Assembly: GCA_963727625.1 (NCBI GenBank)
Contig: CAVSHR010000005.1
Coordinates: 352,001-416,000, forward strand
Length of the DNA stretch: 64,000 bases
Source of the DNA: an uncultured delta proteobacterium
Lineage (GTDB): Bacteria > Desulfobacterota > Binatia > UBA9968
Direction of reading: 5' to 3'
Shown here: one piece after another, positions 38,634 through 48,860 of the stretch
How the letters are laid out: the number at the start of each line of letters is the position of its first letter
Position numbering within the stretch: position 1 is the stretch's first letter
Notes under the pieces: generated by a model
Databases searched by the model: none
What the model was told of the DNA's origin: nothing
What the model saw: only the letters and a program-made list of their open reading frames with translations
Position numbers and translations under genes: made by a program

Positions 38634-39598
38634 CTGAAAACAAAATATCCAAGGACGTGCTGGGCATCGGCCGCGCCGTGCAGAGCGAGCTGCAAAAAGT
38701 GATTTGCGGCCAAGCGCCGGCGATTCAGAGCCTGCTCGTCGCCGTCACCGCTGGCGGCCATGTGCTCATCGAAGGCGTACCGGGAGTCGCCAAAACGCTC
38801 TTGGCCCGCAGCCTCGCTGCCGCGCTGCGCTGTCGCTTTGGGCGTATCCAGTTTACGCCGGATCTGATGCCGTCGGACATCACCGGGGTCAACGTCTTCG
38901 ATACGGCGACGCATCAGTTCAGCTTCCGAGCCGGCCCGCTGTTTGCCGACATCGTGCTGGCCGATGAAATCAATCGCGCCCCGGCCAAGACCCAAGCGGC
39001 GCTGCTTGAGGCGATGCAAGAATCTCAGGTGAGCATCGACGGCGAAAGTCGCGCCCTGTCGCGCTGCTTTACCGTGCTTGCCACCCAGAACCCGATCGAA
39101 TACGAAGGCACCTACCCGCTGCCCGAGGCGCAACTGGATCGTTTTCTCATGAAAGTGATCGTCGATTATCCCGGTGAAGACGACGAACGGACCATGCTAA
39201 AAACCATGCAGGCGCTCGGCGACAAGGCAGCGCAGCCTTACAGCATCATCGAGCCAGTGATCGGTCCCGAGGAAATAATCCGATTGCGCGCGGCGGCCAA
39301 CGCGGTCCGGGTCGATGACACCGTGCTGGAATATGCGCTGAGGCTCATCCGCCAGTCGCGCGGCTTTGCCAGCTTCGCCCTCGGTGCCAGCCCGCGCGCC
39401 GCGATCATGCTGCTGCAAGCCGCAAGGGCTCTCGCCCTGCTGCGCGGCAACGACTACGTCACGCCGGATGAGATTCAGCTCATGGCTCCGCCCGTTCTGC
39501 GCCATCGGGTTCGCCTAACGCCGGAAGCCGAGATCGAGGGACTGACGCCCGACAGCTGCATCCAGGCGCTGCTCGCGCAAGTCGACGTGCCCCGATGA
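38630..39598 (+). CDS. moxR: MoxR-family AAA+ ATPase
   Basis: Walker A EGVPGVAKT, RIQFTPDLMPSD, Walker B LADEINRA, ATQNPIE and LPEAQLDRF. Confidence 0.95.
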   Translation: MTENKISKDVLGIGRAVQSELQKVICGQAPAIQSLLVAVTAGGHVLIEGVPGVAKTLLARSLAAALRCRFGRIQFTPDLMPSDITGVNVFDTATHQFSFRAGPLFADIVLADEINRAPAKTQAALLEAMQESQVSIDGESRALSRCFTVLATQNPIEYEGTYPLPEAQLDRFLMKVIVDYPGEDDERTMLKTMQALGDKAAQPYSIIEPVIGPEEIIRLRAAANAVRVDDTVLEYALRLIRQSRGFASFALGASPRAAIMLLQAARALALLRGNDYVTPDEIQLMAPPVLRHRVRLTPEAEIEGLTPDSCIQALLAQVDVPR

Positions 39599-39605
39599 CA
39601 AAGGC

Positions 39606-40934
39606 ATGACGCGATTGTTTTCACTGCTACCGACACTGCGCTTGCTCCGCCTGCTCGCGCTGGGCGCGCCGCTCTGGCTTTTAGCATTGCTGATCCCAGC
39701 CGGCTGGCTAGCCGGCCTGTTCTATCTTCTGCTAATCATCGCGCTTTGTTGGCGCGACGCCGGCACCATCCCGTCGGCCGCCAAGCTGTCGGCGCAGCGC
39801 CGGTTGCCGCCGCGCTTCGCCCTCGACGTCGAGCAGCCGATCGAGCTCGTGATAAAAAGTTTCGCCGCGCGGGCGATTCAGATCGCCGCGCGCGATGAAG
39901 CGCCGGAGGTTTTCGAAGTACGGGCCGATTGGCCGCCGGTGACCATCCCACCGGGCGGCGAGGCGCGCTTGAGCTATAGCGTAAGGCCGCTCCGGCGAGG
40001 CGCCCATCGCTTCGGTGCGATTATTCTGCGTGTGCAAGGAGAACGGGGCTTGATCCAGAAGCAGCTGTCGCTCAGCGCCACCGACAACGCCAAGGTCTAT
40101 CCCAATGTCCGCGGCGCGGATCAATATCAGCTGCTGGCACAAATCGACCAGCGCGACGAGGTCGTGCGCAAGCCGCGCCGGTTCAAAGCCGCCGGCACCG
40201 ACTTCGAAAGCCTGCGGCAATACATTCCCGGCGAAGATCCGCGCAACATCGACTGGAAGGCGACGGCGCGGCGCGGCGCGCCGATCAGCCGCAACAAACA
40301 GGTGGAAAGAGGCCAACAGCTCGCCGTCCTGTTGGATGCCGGACGGCTGATGGCCGAGACCGTCGGCAAGTATTCCAAGCTCGAGCATGCGCTCAACGCA
40401 GCGGTCATGCTTAGCTATGTCGTGCAGAAGCGCGGCGACGCCCTTTCGGTGGCGTCGTTTTCCAACAAGATCGAATCGTTCCTGCCGACGCTGCGCGGCT
40501 CGGCATTGATGCCGCGCGTCCTGGAGTCGCTCTACGCGGTCCAGGTGCGGCCGGTGGAGTCGGACTATTGGCAGGCGATCGCCCAGGTGATGACCCTGCT
40601 CAACCGGCGCAGTCTGGTGATCTTGATCACCGATGTCCTGGATGCCTCGGCGAGTGCGGGCTTGATCAATAATCTCTCCCGCGCCGCGGAAAAGCATCTG
40701 GTGCTTTGCGTCGTGCTCAGCGAACCAACGATCGCCGAGATCGCCCGCTCGATTCCGACCACGGTGGAAGAAACCTATCGCAAGGCCGCCGCGTGCGATC
40801 AGCTGCGCCGCCGTCGGCTTGCGCTGGAGAGCATGCGCGCGCGGGGAATTTTAGTCCTCGAGACCGACCCGGCGCACTTGAGTGTGCACCTGGTCAAGCG
40901 TTATTTGGAAATTCGCCAGGCGAACCTGCAATAA
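39606..40934 (+). CDS. DUF58 domain / VWA-like MoxR partner
   Basis: GTDFESLRQYIPGEDPRNIDWKATAR, LLDAGRLM and LVILITD motifs. Confidence 0.88.
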   Translation: MTRLFSLLPTLRLLRLLALGAPLWLLALLIPAGWLAGLFYLLLIIALCWRDAGTIPSAAKLSAQRRLPPRFALDVEQPIELVIKSFAARAIQIAARDEAPEVFEVRADWPPVTIPPGGEARLSYSVRPLRRGAHRFGAIILRVQGERGLIQKQLSLSATDNAKVYPNVRGADQYQLLAQIDQRDEVVRKPRRFKAAGTDFESLRQYIPGEDPRNIDWKATARRGAPISRNKQVERGQQLAVLLDAGRLMAETVGKYSKLEHALNAAVMLSYVVQKRGDALSVASFSNKIESFLPTLRGSALMPRVLESLYAVQVRPVESDYWQAIAQVMTLLNRRSLVILITDVLDASASAGLINNLSRAAEKHLVLCVVLSEPTIAEIARSIPTTVEETYRKAAACDQLRRRRLALESMRARGILVLETDPAHLSVHLVKRYLEIRQANLQ

Positions 40935-40936
40935 GA

Positions 40937-41803
40937 ATGGAAGAACGAGTTCACATTTCTACTCCGGATCACGTCAGCCTCGAGTTTGAACTCGCCGGAC
41001 CAGGCTCGCGTTTCTCCGCCTACGCGATCGATTTTCTCTTTAATATTTTGTTGATCGTCGTCATCGTTTTAGCGGTTTATGCCAGCGGCGCCGTTGTCAC
41101 GTTGAGATCGCTCATGGGCGTGGCGCGGGGCAGCTCCTGGAGCGCGTCTTGGATCTTGGCCCTGCTGGTTTTGATCATTTTTTTGATCAACTGGGGCTAC
41201 TACGTTTTTTTCGAAGGTTTGGGCAAAGGCTCGACACCGGGGAAAAAACGCATGGGCATTCGCGTCATCCGCCAGGACGGACTACCGATCGGGTTGCGCG
41301 AAGCGGCGCTGCGCAATCTGGTGCGTGCCGCCGACATGCTGCCGCCGCCCAGTTATATTTTGGGCGGATTGGTGATGCACTTCGATCCGCAAGGCCGCCG
41401 GCTCGGTGACATGGTGGCGGGCACCTACGTGGTCGTCGAGAAATTCGATATCGCCGCGCAGGGCGTCAGCGGCGCGGCCTGGGCCAAGCGCGTCGAGCAG
41501 GGTCGCTCGCGCCAGGCGCTCACCTTACCGCGCGGCACGATCTCGGCGCAGCAATTGGCGTTGATCGAGCAGTTCCTCGCTCGCAGCCGCGAGCTGTCGC
41601 TCGACCGGCGCGCGCAGCTGGTCTGGCAGATCACCGAGCCGTTGCTGGCGCTTCTCGGCGAAGATCATGCCAGCCTGGCGCGCAGCGCCGAGCGCACCGA
41701 GCGCTGCGAGCGTTTGCTCTTGCAAATCCTCGATTTCGCTAAAGCAAAAGTGCCGGCGTCTGCCGTGGCGCCTAAGACACCGCAAGCAACACCGTTGTTT
41801 TGA
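40937..41803 (+). CDS. RDD family protein
   Basis: AGPGSRFSAYAID, TPGKKRMGIRV, RNLVRAAD and RRLGDMVAGT motifs. Confidence 0.88.
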   Translation: MEERVHISTPDHVSLEFELAGPGSRFSAYAIDFLFNILLIVVIVLAVYASGAVVTLRSLMGVARGSSWSASWILALLVLIIFLINWGYYVFFEGLGKGSTPGKKRMGIRVIRQDGLPIGLREAALRNLVRAADMLPPPSYILGGLVMHFDPQGRRLGDMVAGTYVVVEKFDIAAQGVSGAAWAKRVEQGRSRQALTLPRGTISAQQLALIEQFLARSRELSLDRRAQLVWQITEPLLALLGEDHASLARSAERTERCERLLLQILDFAKAKVPASAVAPKTPQATPLF

Positions 41804-41816
41804 ACGAACTAAAGTG

Positions 41817-42800
41817 ATGCAAGACGCCGACGCCAAGCTTGAACAGTGGTCGCGCTTCTACCAGCGCGCGCAAACGCTGCTGCGCGGCGGCTCGCGCGCG
41901 CTGCGCCGCTTGAGCGGCGCCGAGCTCACCCGCCTGATCGACGATTATCAAGCGTTGACGGCTGACTTGGCCCGGGCGCGTTCCCTAGGCGCGGCGCGCG
42001 AGACCATCGATCAGCTCAATCGCATCGCCGTGGCCGGTCACAATTTGCTCTACGGGCAAATTCGCTTGCGCGAGGGCGCCGGCTCAACCTACGGCTTTGC
42101 CAGCTTCGCCTGCGCGGTGCGCCGGCACGCCGGCGCCGTGGCCCTGTCCGCGCTCATGTTTTTTGGTTCCGCCGTTGTCAGCTTCGTTGCCGTCGAGCTG
42201 TATCCTTCGTTAGCCTACGACATGCTCGCCGACGAATTTCTCGATTTCGACCCGGCCACACCCGAGAATCTGCACAGCATTCCGAGCCTGGCGCGTCCGG
42301 TGGTTTCGTCCGTGATAATTTCGAACAACATCCAAGTGACGCTGCTCGCTTTTGGTTTCGGACTGACGGCCGGCATCGGCACCAGCGTGCTGCTGATATT
42401 TAATGGTATTCATCTTGGCTCGGTGGCCGGCTGGATGGTATTGCACGGCAAGGACCGCGCGCTGTGGGGCTGGATCATGCCCCATGGCGGCACAGAGTTG
42501 CTGGCGATCTGCTTCGCGGGCGCAGCCGGCTACATTCTCGCCGGCGCGATCATTGCACCCGGCGAGCTGCGCCGCAGCACGGCGCTCAAGCGCGTCGGCA
42601 TGGAAGCCTTGTCCATCGAGCTCGGCTGCATGGTCATGCTGATTTTTGCCGGCTTCATCGAAGGCTTCGTCTCGCCGAGCGGCCTTGATTATCCGAGCCG
42701 CATCGCTGTGCTGACCGGTAGCCTCGGCCTCTGGGCAATTTATTTTCTCGGTGCCGGCCGGCGCCACGATCGCCCGCCGAGCGAACCGCCAGGCGGCTGA
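41817..42800 (+). CDS. SpoIIM-family (DUF95) membrane protein
   Basis: DLARAR, NNIQV, IFNG, PHGGTEL and AGFIEGFVS motifs. Confidence 0.88.
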   Translation: MQDADAKLEQWSRFYQRAQTLLRGGSRALRRLSGAELTRLIDDYQALTADLARARSLGAARETIDQLNRIAVAGHNLLYGQIRLREGAGSTYGFASFACAVRRHAGAVALSALMFFGSAVVSFVAVELYPSLAYDMLADEFLDFDPATPENLHSIPSLARPVVSSVIISNNIQVTLLAFGFGLTAGIGTSVLLIFNGIHLGSVAGWMVLHGKDRALWGWIMPHGGTELLAICFAGAAGYILAGAIIAPGELRRSTALKRVGMEALSIELGCMVMLIFAGFIEGFVSPSGLDYPSRIAVLTGSLGLWAIYFLGAGRRHDRPPSEPPGG

Positions 42801-43027
42801 GTCGCCGGGACCCACACCGCACCGCTGCGATCGATCGCTTCTCACGACCGTCAGCTCGATCGGCATCGGCGCACCCTGCGATTAATATTGCTCAAGCGCA
42901 TTGCTGCCGCGCATGATCTTCTTGAAGCAAAGCGCGGCGCCATGTTAAGCAAGCATCTGGAATTAAATCGGCCCAGCCACCGGCGCGCATCAAACGAAGC
43001 ATCGCTCGGCAAACTAGACAACAACTC

Positions 43028-44659
43028 ATGCTCCGCTCGCAAAAACGACTGCTCGCCTTGCTCGGCGTTTTACTGCTGCTCCTCCTGGTCGCAACTTTCT
43101 TGTACATGTGGGGCATGGTTTATCTCGAAGGCAAGCCGCGCGGCTTCTGGGACGCGCTGGAATGGGCCGGCGAATCCTTGTCCACCACCGGTTACGGCCG
43201 CGATTCCAACTGGAACCATCCGCTGATGGTTTCCTACGTCGTGCTCGTGCAATTCGTCGGCGTGTTTCTGGTTTTTCTCGTCTTCCCGGTGTATTTGCTG
43301 CCGTTTTTAGAAGAGCGCTTCCAGACCCGGCTGCCCCAGGAGGTCGGCAATCTCAAAGACCATGTCGTCATTTTCGATTACGGCCCGGCGGTTACGACCC
43401 TGCTTACCGAATTGGAGCAAGCCAACATCGCCACCGTGGTGGTCGAAGAGGACGAAAACGACGCGCGCCGTCTGCACGAGCAAGGACATCGAGTCATCTA
43501 CGGCAATCTCGACGAAGGCGTGCTGAAAAAAACCTATCTGCCCCAGGCGCGCGCGTTGATCGTCAACAGCTCCGACGACCGCAACGCGGCCGCTATCTTG
43601 ACGGCGCGCCAGTTGGGCTTCAAGGGAGAGATCCTCGCGCTGGTCGAAGACCCCTATCATCGCGAGCCGATCATTCTCGCCGGCGCCAACGGAGCCTACA
43701 CTCCTCGGCATGTCTTGGGCGCGGCATTGGCGGCCCGCGCCAGTCAGAAAGTGAGCCCGACGGTCGCCGGCATTCAGCACCTCGGCAACAAACTGCTGGT
43801 CGGTGAAGCGCGCATCACGCGCGACAGCGTGCTCGGCGGCAAGACCTTGGCGGAAGCCATACTCGGCCAGCACACCGGCGTCACCGTGATCGGCCAATGG
43901 ATCGGCGGCAAGCTCACCACCCCGCCGACGCCTGACATGCGCCTGGAACCGGGCGGCATACTCGTTCTCGTCGGCAACGAAGAAAGTCTTCAACGCTTCA
44001 TGGATCTGTGCGCCGGGGCGCGCCAGTTGCGCCGCCATGGCCCGTTCTTAATCGCCGGCGGCGGCGAGGTCGGACGCAAGGTCGCCGAGCTGCTGAACGA
44101 CGCCGGCGAAGAGACTTTCTTGATCGATACCCAACCCGGACCGGGCGTCAATCTGGTCGGCAACGTGCTCGACACACAGATTTTGAAGCAAGCCGGCGTC
44201 GACAAATTGCAAGCCGTCGTCCTGGCTCTCAACGCCGATTCGACGACGCTCTTTGCCACAGTGATCTTCAAGAATATGGCGCCTGATATTCCGGTCATCG
44301 CCCGCGTCAACCGCGCCGAGAACGTCGAGCGCATTTACGCTGCGGGCGCCGATTTCGCATTGTCGATCAGTCAAGTTTCCGGCCAACTGCTCGCCTGGCG
44401 ACTGCTCGGCAAGGAATCGGTCGCCCTCGATCCCGAGCTACGCGTGATCAAGGTCTCGACGCGCGGCATCGAAAATTTTCATCCGAGCCAGGCAGAGCTT
44501 CGGCTCAAGACCGGCTGCTCCGTGGTCGCCGTCGAGCGCGGCGAAGAATTGCTGGTGGAGTTCGGTCCGAACTTTCGCTTTCAGCCCAACGACTCGGTCT
44601 ATATTTGCGGCAGCGCCGAGGCGGCGCAGAAATATGATGAAATTTTTCCGCAGGAATAA
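43028..44659 (+). CDS. Potassium channel with tandem RCK (TrkA-N/C) domains
   Basis: TM-pore-TM arrangement with a TTGYG filter, then two Rossmann/RCK units (DYGPAV; GGGEVG). Confidence 0.9.
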   Translation: MLRSQKRLLALLGVLLLLLLVATFLYMWGMVYLEGKPRGFWDALEWAGESLSTTGYGRDSNWNHPLMVSYVVLVQFVGVFLVFLVFPVYLLPFLEERFQTRLPQEVGNLKDHVVIFDYGPAVTTLLTELEQANIATVVVEEDENDARRLHEQGHRVIYGNLDEGVLKKTYLPQARALIVNSSDDRNAAAILTARQLGFKGEILALVEDPYHREPIILAGANGAYTPRHVLGAALAARASQKVSPTVAGIQHLGNKLLVGEARITRDSVLGGKTLAEAILGQHTGVTVIGQWIGGKLTTPPTPDMRLEPGGILVLVGNEESLQRFMDLCAGARQLRRHGPFLIAGGGEVGRKVAELLNDAGEETFLIDTQPGPGVNLVGNVLDTQILKQAGVDKLQAVVLALNADSTTLFATVIFKNMAPDIPVIARVNRAENVERIYAAGADFALSISQVSGQLLAWRLLGKESVALDPELRVIKVSTRGIENFHPSQAELRLKTGCSVVAVERGEELLVEFGPNFRFQPNDSVYICGSAEAAQKYDEIFPQE

Positions 44660-44768
44660 CCGCGGTGGACGCTTCGCCCTTAAGTCAAAATCCTCAGGGA
44701 TTTTTTATCGATCCTTTCAGTGCCGCCGTGCCAGGGTGCGCGGCGCCACACTGACCCTCAGGTGAAAT

Positions 44769-45407
44769 ATGGCGCAGCCCGCTTCCACCCGCACCCGTGT
44801 CCACTTCACGATGCTCCGAAGCTATCGGGTCGCGGACCTGATCACCCTCGCCAACGCCGCCGCCGGCATGGCCGCGGTGTTCGCGATCATGAGTTATCTG
44901 ACCGCGCCGGAGGATTGGCGCGTATACCTTGCGCTGGCGCTGGTGCCGGTAGCGCTCCTGTGCGATATCGCCGACGGCAGAGTCGCGCGCCGGCATGAAG
45001 AGCCATCGCCATTCGGTCAAGAGCTGGATTCGTTGGCCGACATCGTCAGTTTCGGCGTCGCCCCCGCCACCCTCGCCTATGGTCTTGGCATGCGCAGCGG
45101 ACTGGATGTCGTTGTGCTGATTTTTTTCGTCGCCTGCGGCATCAGCCGTTTGGCGCGTTACAACGTTACCGCCGGCCAACTTTCCGACGCTTCCGGCAAG
45201 GTCAGATATTTCGAAGGCGCGCCGATACCATCGAGCCTGGTCCTGGTCGGTGTGCTCGCCGTCTGTGTCTATTTTGACCATATCGACGACGCCCTGCCCT
45301 TCGGCAGCATTGAAATAGGCGGCTGGCATTGGCATCCAATTTCGTCGCTGTTTTTTCTCAACGGCTGCGCCATGATCAGCAAAACCTTGCGCATCCCGAA
45401 ATTGTGA
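44769..45407 (+). CDS. pssA: CDP-diacylglycerol--serine O-phosphatidyltransferase
   Basis: CDP-alcohol motif DIADGRVAR...GQELDSLAD, plus SFGVAP, RLARYN and FEGAPIP. Confidence 0.85.
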   Translation: MAQPASTRTRVHFTMLRSYRVADLITLANAAAGMAAVFAIMSYLTAPEDWRVYLALALVPVALLCDIADGRVARRHEEPSPFGQELDSLADIVSFGVAPATLAYGLGMRSGLDVVVLIFFVACGISRLARYNVTAGQLSDASGKVRYFEGAPIPSSLVLVGVLAVCVYFDHIDDALPFGSIEIGGWHWHPISSLFFLNGCAMISKTLRIPKL

Positions 45408-45642
45408 TCGCATCAATGGAAAAGTCGGGAGAGATCCTATGAAACAAAAACTGTACGTTGCGTTGGTCGTTACGATGCTGCTTCAGGCTCCAGCGGCAAA
45501 AGTTTCGCCTGCGTGATCCGCGAGGTCCGTCCCGAGGAGATTTTCGATTTTTCTTTTCTGCGTAAAGCTCAAGCCGAATTGCCCCAAACGGCTGGAAGCC
45601 GTAGATTGCAGCGGCAGCATGGCGAACGGTTTTCGCAAGAAC

Positions 45643-45713
45643 GATCTCGCGCCAAGATGCCAAGAACGCCAGGTTCGGGAACGTTTTTTACGTTTGCGTC
45701 TTGGCGGGAGATC
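45643..45713. repeat. Inverted-repeat element (CGCCAAG...CTTGGCG family)
   Basis: gatctcgcgccaagatgc pairs with gcgtcttggcgggagatc. Confidence 0.65.
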
Positions 45714-45758
45714 TTCCGATTTTTGCTTGCTGCTTCGCCGCTCTGGGGGTGAAGGCCT

Positions 45759-46664
45759 TTATTGCAGCCAACCCGTTTCCCGATAAGCTTTTATCGCTCC
45801 CGGGTGCAACGCGACGCCGCCGAATTCAAACGCCGCTTGTCCTTGGCTTCGGAGCGGTTCGAACAAGTTTTTCAATCCTCTGAACAGCGGATTCATCTCC
45901 GGCAGGTTGTCGAGATTATCCGCGATCACCTTAGCCATGTCGTGCACGACGTTCTCGGCCACCCGCGCGTGGGTAACAATGACGTTGATCACGCCCACCT
46001 GGGTCACGTCTTCAACCACGCCGCGGAAGGCGTTTTTCTCCACCACCACCGGCCGATAGAACGGCACCTGCGCCAGCAATTTGTCGATCTGGCCGGAGGC
46101 GAAGGGAATCACCCGGATATCGGCGCGCGCGCTCAGATCGGTCAACACTTTATTCGGGATCGGCGGGTGAAATTGCGCGTCGATGGCGCCGGCAACCAAG
46201 GCATCCGCTCCTTCGGCAAAACCCATGTGCACCGGCATGAAGCTGTCGAAGGAAATTCCCAATACGCCGAAGATCGTGTGAATATGTTGCTCCATGCCGC
46301 TGCCTCTGGCGCCGATGGCGATCTTTTTCCCCTGGAAATCGGCGACCGATTGGATCGCCGAAGTCGCGAGCTTGACGAAGCACATCGGCCCGGCGTTGGC
46401 CGGCGCCACCATCCGGATGGCGATTTTATTCTTGAACGGCGCGGCCGCGTCCTTGGCGCGGCCGATCCAGTTGGACGCCATGAAACCGAATTCGAGCTCG
46501 CCACGGTCGAGCTGCTCGGCGTTATGAATGCTCGCGTCGGTCGTCATCACGACACACTGGTCCGCGCCGGCGCGCCCGCGATTGAAAAGCTCGGCGATCG
46601 CCTGTCCCTGTGTATAAAAAGTGCCGCCATGCTCCGAAGTCCCCATTCTAATGGACATGAACAT
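45759..46664 (-). CDS. TAXI-family TRAP solute-binding protein, no signal peptide
   Basis: GGTFY, SIHN, GARGSG, GAIDA and LHPGAIKAYRE motifs. GGAGG RBS. Confidence 0.87.
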   Translation of the reverse strand: MFMSIRMGTSEHGGTFYTQGQAIAELFNRGRAGADQCVVMTTDASIHNAEQLDRGELEFGFMASNWIGRAKDAAAPFKNKIAIRMVAPANAGPMCFVKLATSAIQSVADFQGKKIAIGARGSGMEQHIHTIFGVLGISFDSFMPVHMGFAEGADALVAGAIDAQFHPPIPNKVLTDLSARADIRVIPFASGQIDKLLAQVPFYRPVVVEKNAFRGVVEDVTQVGVINVIVTHARVAENVVHDMAKVIADNLDNLPEMNPLFRGLKNLFEPLRSQGQAAFEFGGVALHPGAIKAYRETGWLQ

Positions 46665-46854
46665 TCCTCCGCTTACAAGATTTCATCCCATTTCATTTAC
46701 ACCACCCCGGCCGATGGCCGCAATTGCTCGGCAGTTTAAGGCAGCTAGCTTGCTCGCGCATCGACCTTGACGCTCAAGCTGCGAGTGTACTAGTTTTTAA
46801 GCACAAACAAATAGTAAACGAATTTTTGACGTTTGTAATTGCAAAGGAGCTGTT

Positions 46855-47973
46855 ATGGCGATCATCGATTTGGATTCCCACCTGCGCGACGGCTGGCTGC
46901 TCGACGAGATCTATCAACTGCCCGAGCCCTTCGCGAAGCATTCCCCGAAAAGAATCGGCGACGGCCAATATTTCTACTCGAAGTTCGAGCATACCCTGTC
47001 ACCGATGGAAGACCCGGTGGCCAACGCCAATTTCAAGAAGCCGGTGACGCACCAGGTTTTTTACAACCCGGAAGCGAACGCGCGCGGCAACGAGGTCATG
47101 CGCTGGCAACAGGGCGGCTACGACATGGACTATCGGATAAAAGACAATGCCCGCGAAGGCATCGACTATCAGTTGATCTTTCCCACCGCCATCGACATCC
47201 CATCGCAGAACCCCGGTCCGCTCGGCGCCGCCGTGGCGCGGTCGTATAACGATTGGGCGCACAAGCTCGTCGCCGGCCATCACAACCGTCTGTCGCCCGT
47301 CGCCATGATGCCCGCCGGTTGTCCGGAAGAGATGGCCAACGAGCTGCGCCATTGCGTCAACAACTTGGGCTGCAAAGCCGCCCATTTGGTGAGCTACACC
47401 TTGGACCGCCAGATGGACGATCCGGTGTTCTTTCCGTTCTATGAAGCGGCGCAGGAATTGGACGTGCCGCTCTTCTGCCACCCGAGCACCCTGGGCGCGC
47501 CCGGCACGCTAATCAATCGCCAAAGCCATTTCTTTCCGATGCATATTCTCGGCCGGCCGCTCAATTGCGTCGCGCCGCTGGTCGCCATGGTGCTCGGCGG
47601 CGTGTTTGAAAAATACCCGCGTTTGAAAGTGGTCTTCTTCGAAGTCACGGCGGAGTTTTTGGTCTTCTGGATGCACCGCATGGACGACGACTACGAGGTC
47701 ATCAAGGACGCAGGCATGTGCCCGCAATTGAGCATGCTGCCTTCTGAGTACGTCAAGCGCAATTGCTATATCAGCTGCGAGGCCGACGAGAAGTGGCTGC
47801 CCCTGGCGATCGCCGAGATCGGCGAGACCCATGTGGTGATGGCGACGGATTATCCGCATTTCGATTCCACCTTTCCCAAAACCGTGAGCGGCATCCGCGA
47901 GCGGCCGGATCTATCACCCAAGCAGAAAAAACTCATACTCGAAGATAATGCTCTGAACCTGATTCGCCTATAA
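46855..47973 (+). CDS. Amidohydrolase_2 family protein
   Basis: DLDSH, YNDW, LFCHP, YPRLKVVFFE and ATDYPH motifs. AAGGAG RBS. Confidence 0.9.
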   Translation: MAIIDLDSHLRDGWLLDEIYQLPEPFAKHSPKRIGDGQYFYSKFEHTLSPMEDPVANANFKKPVTHQVFYNPEANARGNEVMRWQQGGYDMDYRIKDNAREGIDYQLIFPTAIDIPSQNPGPLGAAVARSYNDWAHKLVAGHHNRLSPVAMMPAGCPEEMANELRHCVNNLGCKAAHLVSYTLDRQMDDPVFFPFYEAAQELDVPLFCHPSTLGAPGTLINRQSHFFPMHILGRPLNCVAPLVAMVLGGVFEKYPRLKVVFFEVTAEFLVFWMHRMDDDYEVIKDAGMCPQLSMLPSEYVKRNCYISCEADEKWLPLAIAEIGETHVVMATDYPHFDSTFPKTVSGIRERPDLSPKQKKLILEDNALNLIRL

Positions 47974-48032
47974 ACGATGTTTTTCATTCACCACGAATGA
48001 CCGAGCGCGGCTGCGCCGCAACCAAAAGCCGG

Positions 48033-48163
48033 AATATCTCGCGCAAGGCCGCAAAGGAAAAGCATTGTCATTTCGAACGAAGAGAGAAGGCTTTCCTAGA
48101 TCCCTCGCATTTGCTCGGGATGACAGGCTCTTAACCTGTCACTTGGCGTCTTGGCGCGATATT
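48033..48163. repeat. Inverted-repeat element enclosing a TGTCA...TGACA palindromic element (48066-48125)
   Basis: Outer arms aatatctcgcgcaagg / cttggcgcgatatt; inner element tgtcatttcgaacg ... gctcgggatgaca. Confidence 0.6.
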
Positions 48164-48231
48164 TTCTTATTGACTTCGTCCTGGGCAAGGCTTAGATCAC
48201 AGGACCTCACGTTCGAAGCAGGAGGTAAACC

Positions 48232-48600
48232 ATGGAATCCCCGTTCAAAGTTTCCGGCATCGACCACGTAGTCCTTCACGTTACCGACCTCGCCCGCGCG
48301 AAGAAGTTCTACATCGACTTTCTCGGCATGACCATCGACCACGAAAGCTCCTGGCAGTGCTTTCTCAAATGCGGCAACCAGGGCGTCGCCCTGTTCGAAG
48401 TCGACGAAGGAGAAGAAGTCCACGGCGGCAGCGAAGTCAATCACATGGCGCTGCGCTTGGCGGCCGGCGGTTACGAGCGCGTCAAAGCCACGCTCGAAAA
48501 TGCCGCCATCCAAGTCCACGGCCGCAAAAACGATCCGCACTGCATCTACTTCAACGACCCCGACGGCCATCACCTGCAGCTTTTGATGCCAAATGAATGA
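48232..48600 (+). CDS. VOC / glyoxalase family protein
   Basis: IDHVVL, FYIDFLGM, NHMAL and YFNDPDGH motifs. AGGAGG RBS. Confidence 0.92.
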   Translation: MESPFKVSGIDHVVLHVTDLARAKKFYIDFLGMTIDHESSWQCFLKCGNQGVALFEVDEGEEVHGGSEVNHMALRLAAGGYERVKATLENAAIQVHGRKNDPHCIYFNDPDGHHLQLLMPNE

Positions 48601-48860
48601 CGAAACCTTGCGACCAAGTAACGACATTTTGCGGCGCGGCGATAGCCGTTTTCCGGCCGGGCACGGTTAACTTCAATCCGCAAAACAATTGAAACGAAAA
48701 TCCCCTGGGTACTGCATTTGCGATTTCTAACGCGTCGAAATGTCCAAGGTGAGAATCGCCACGGCCTATCGTAAAAAAATTAAACATGTTGCGTTGACTC
48801 GCGACAAGTTCGCCGTTCGGCCTTGATTTTCATTTCCCAAAGCCGGACCCTGGTCTGGGC

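Noticed and set aside
41817-42800. Evidence of sporulation
   Set aside because: SpoIIM/DUF95 proteins in MoxR-RDD operons occur widely in non-sporulating bacteria.
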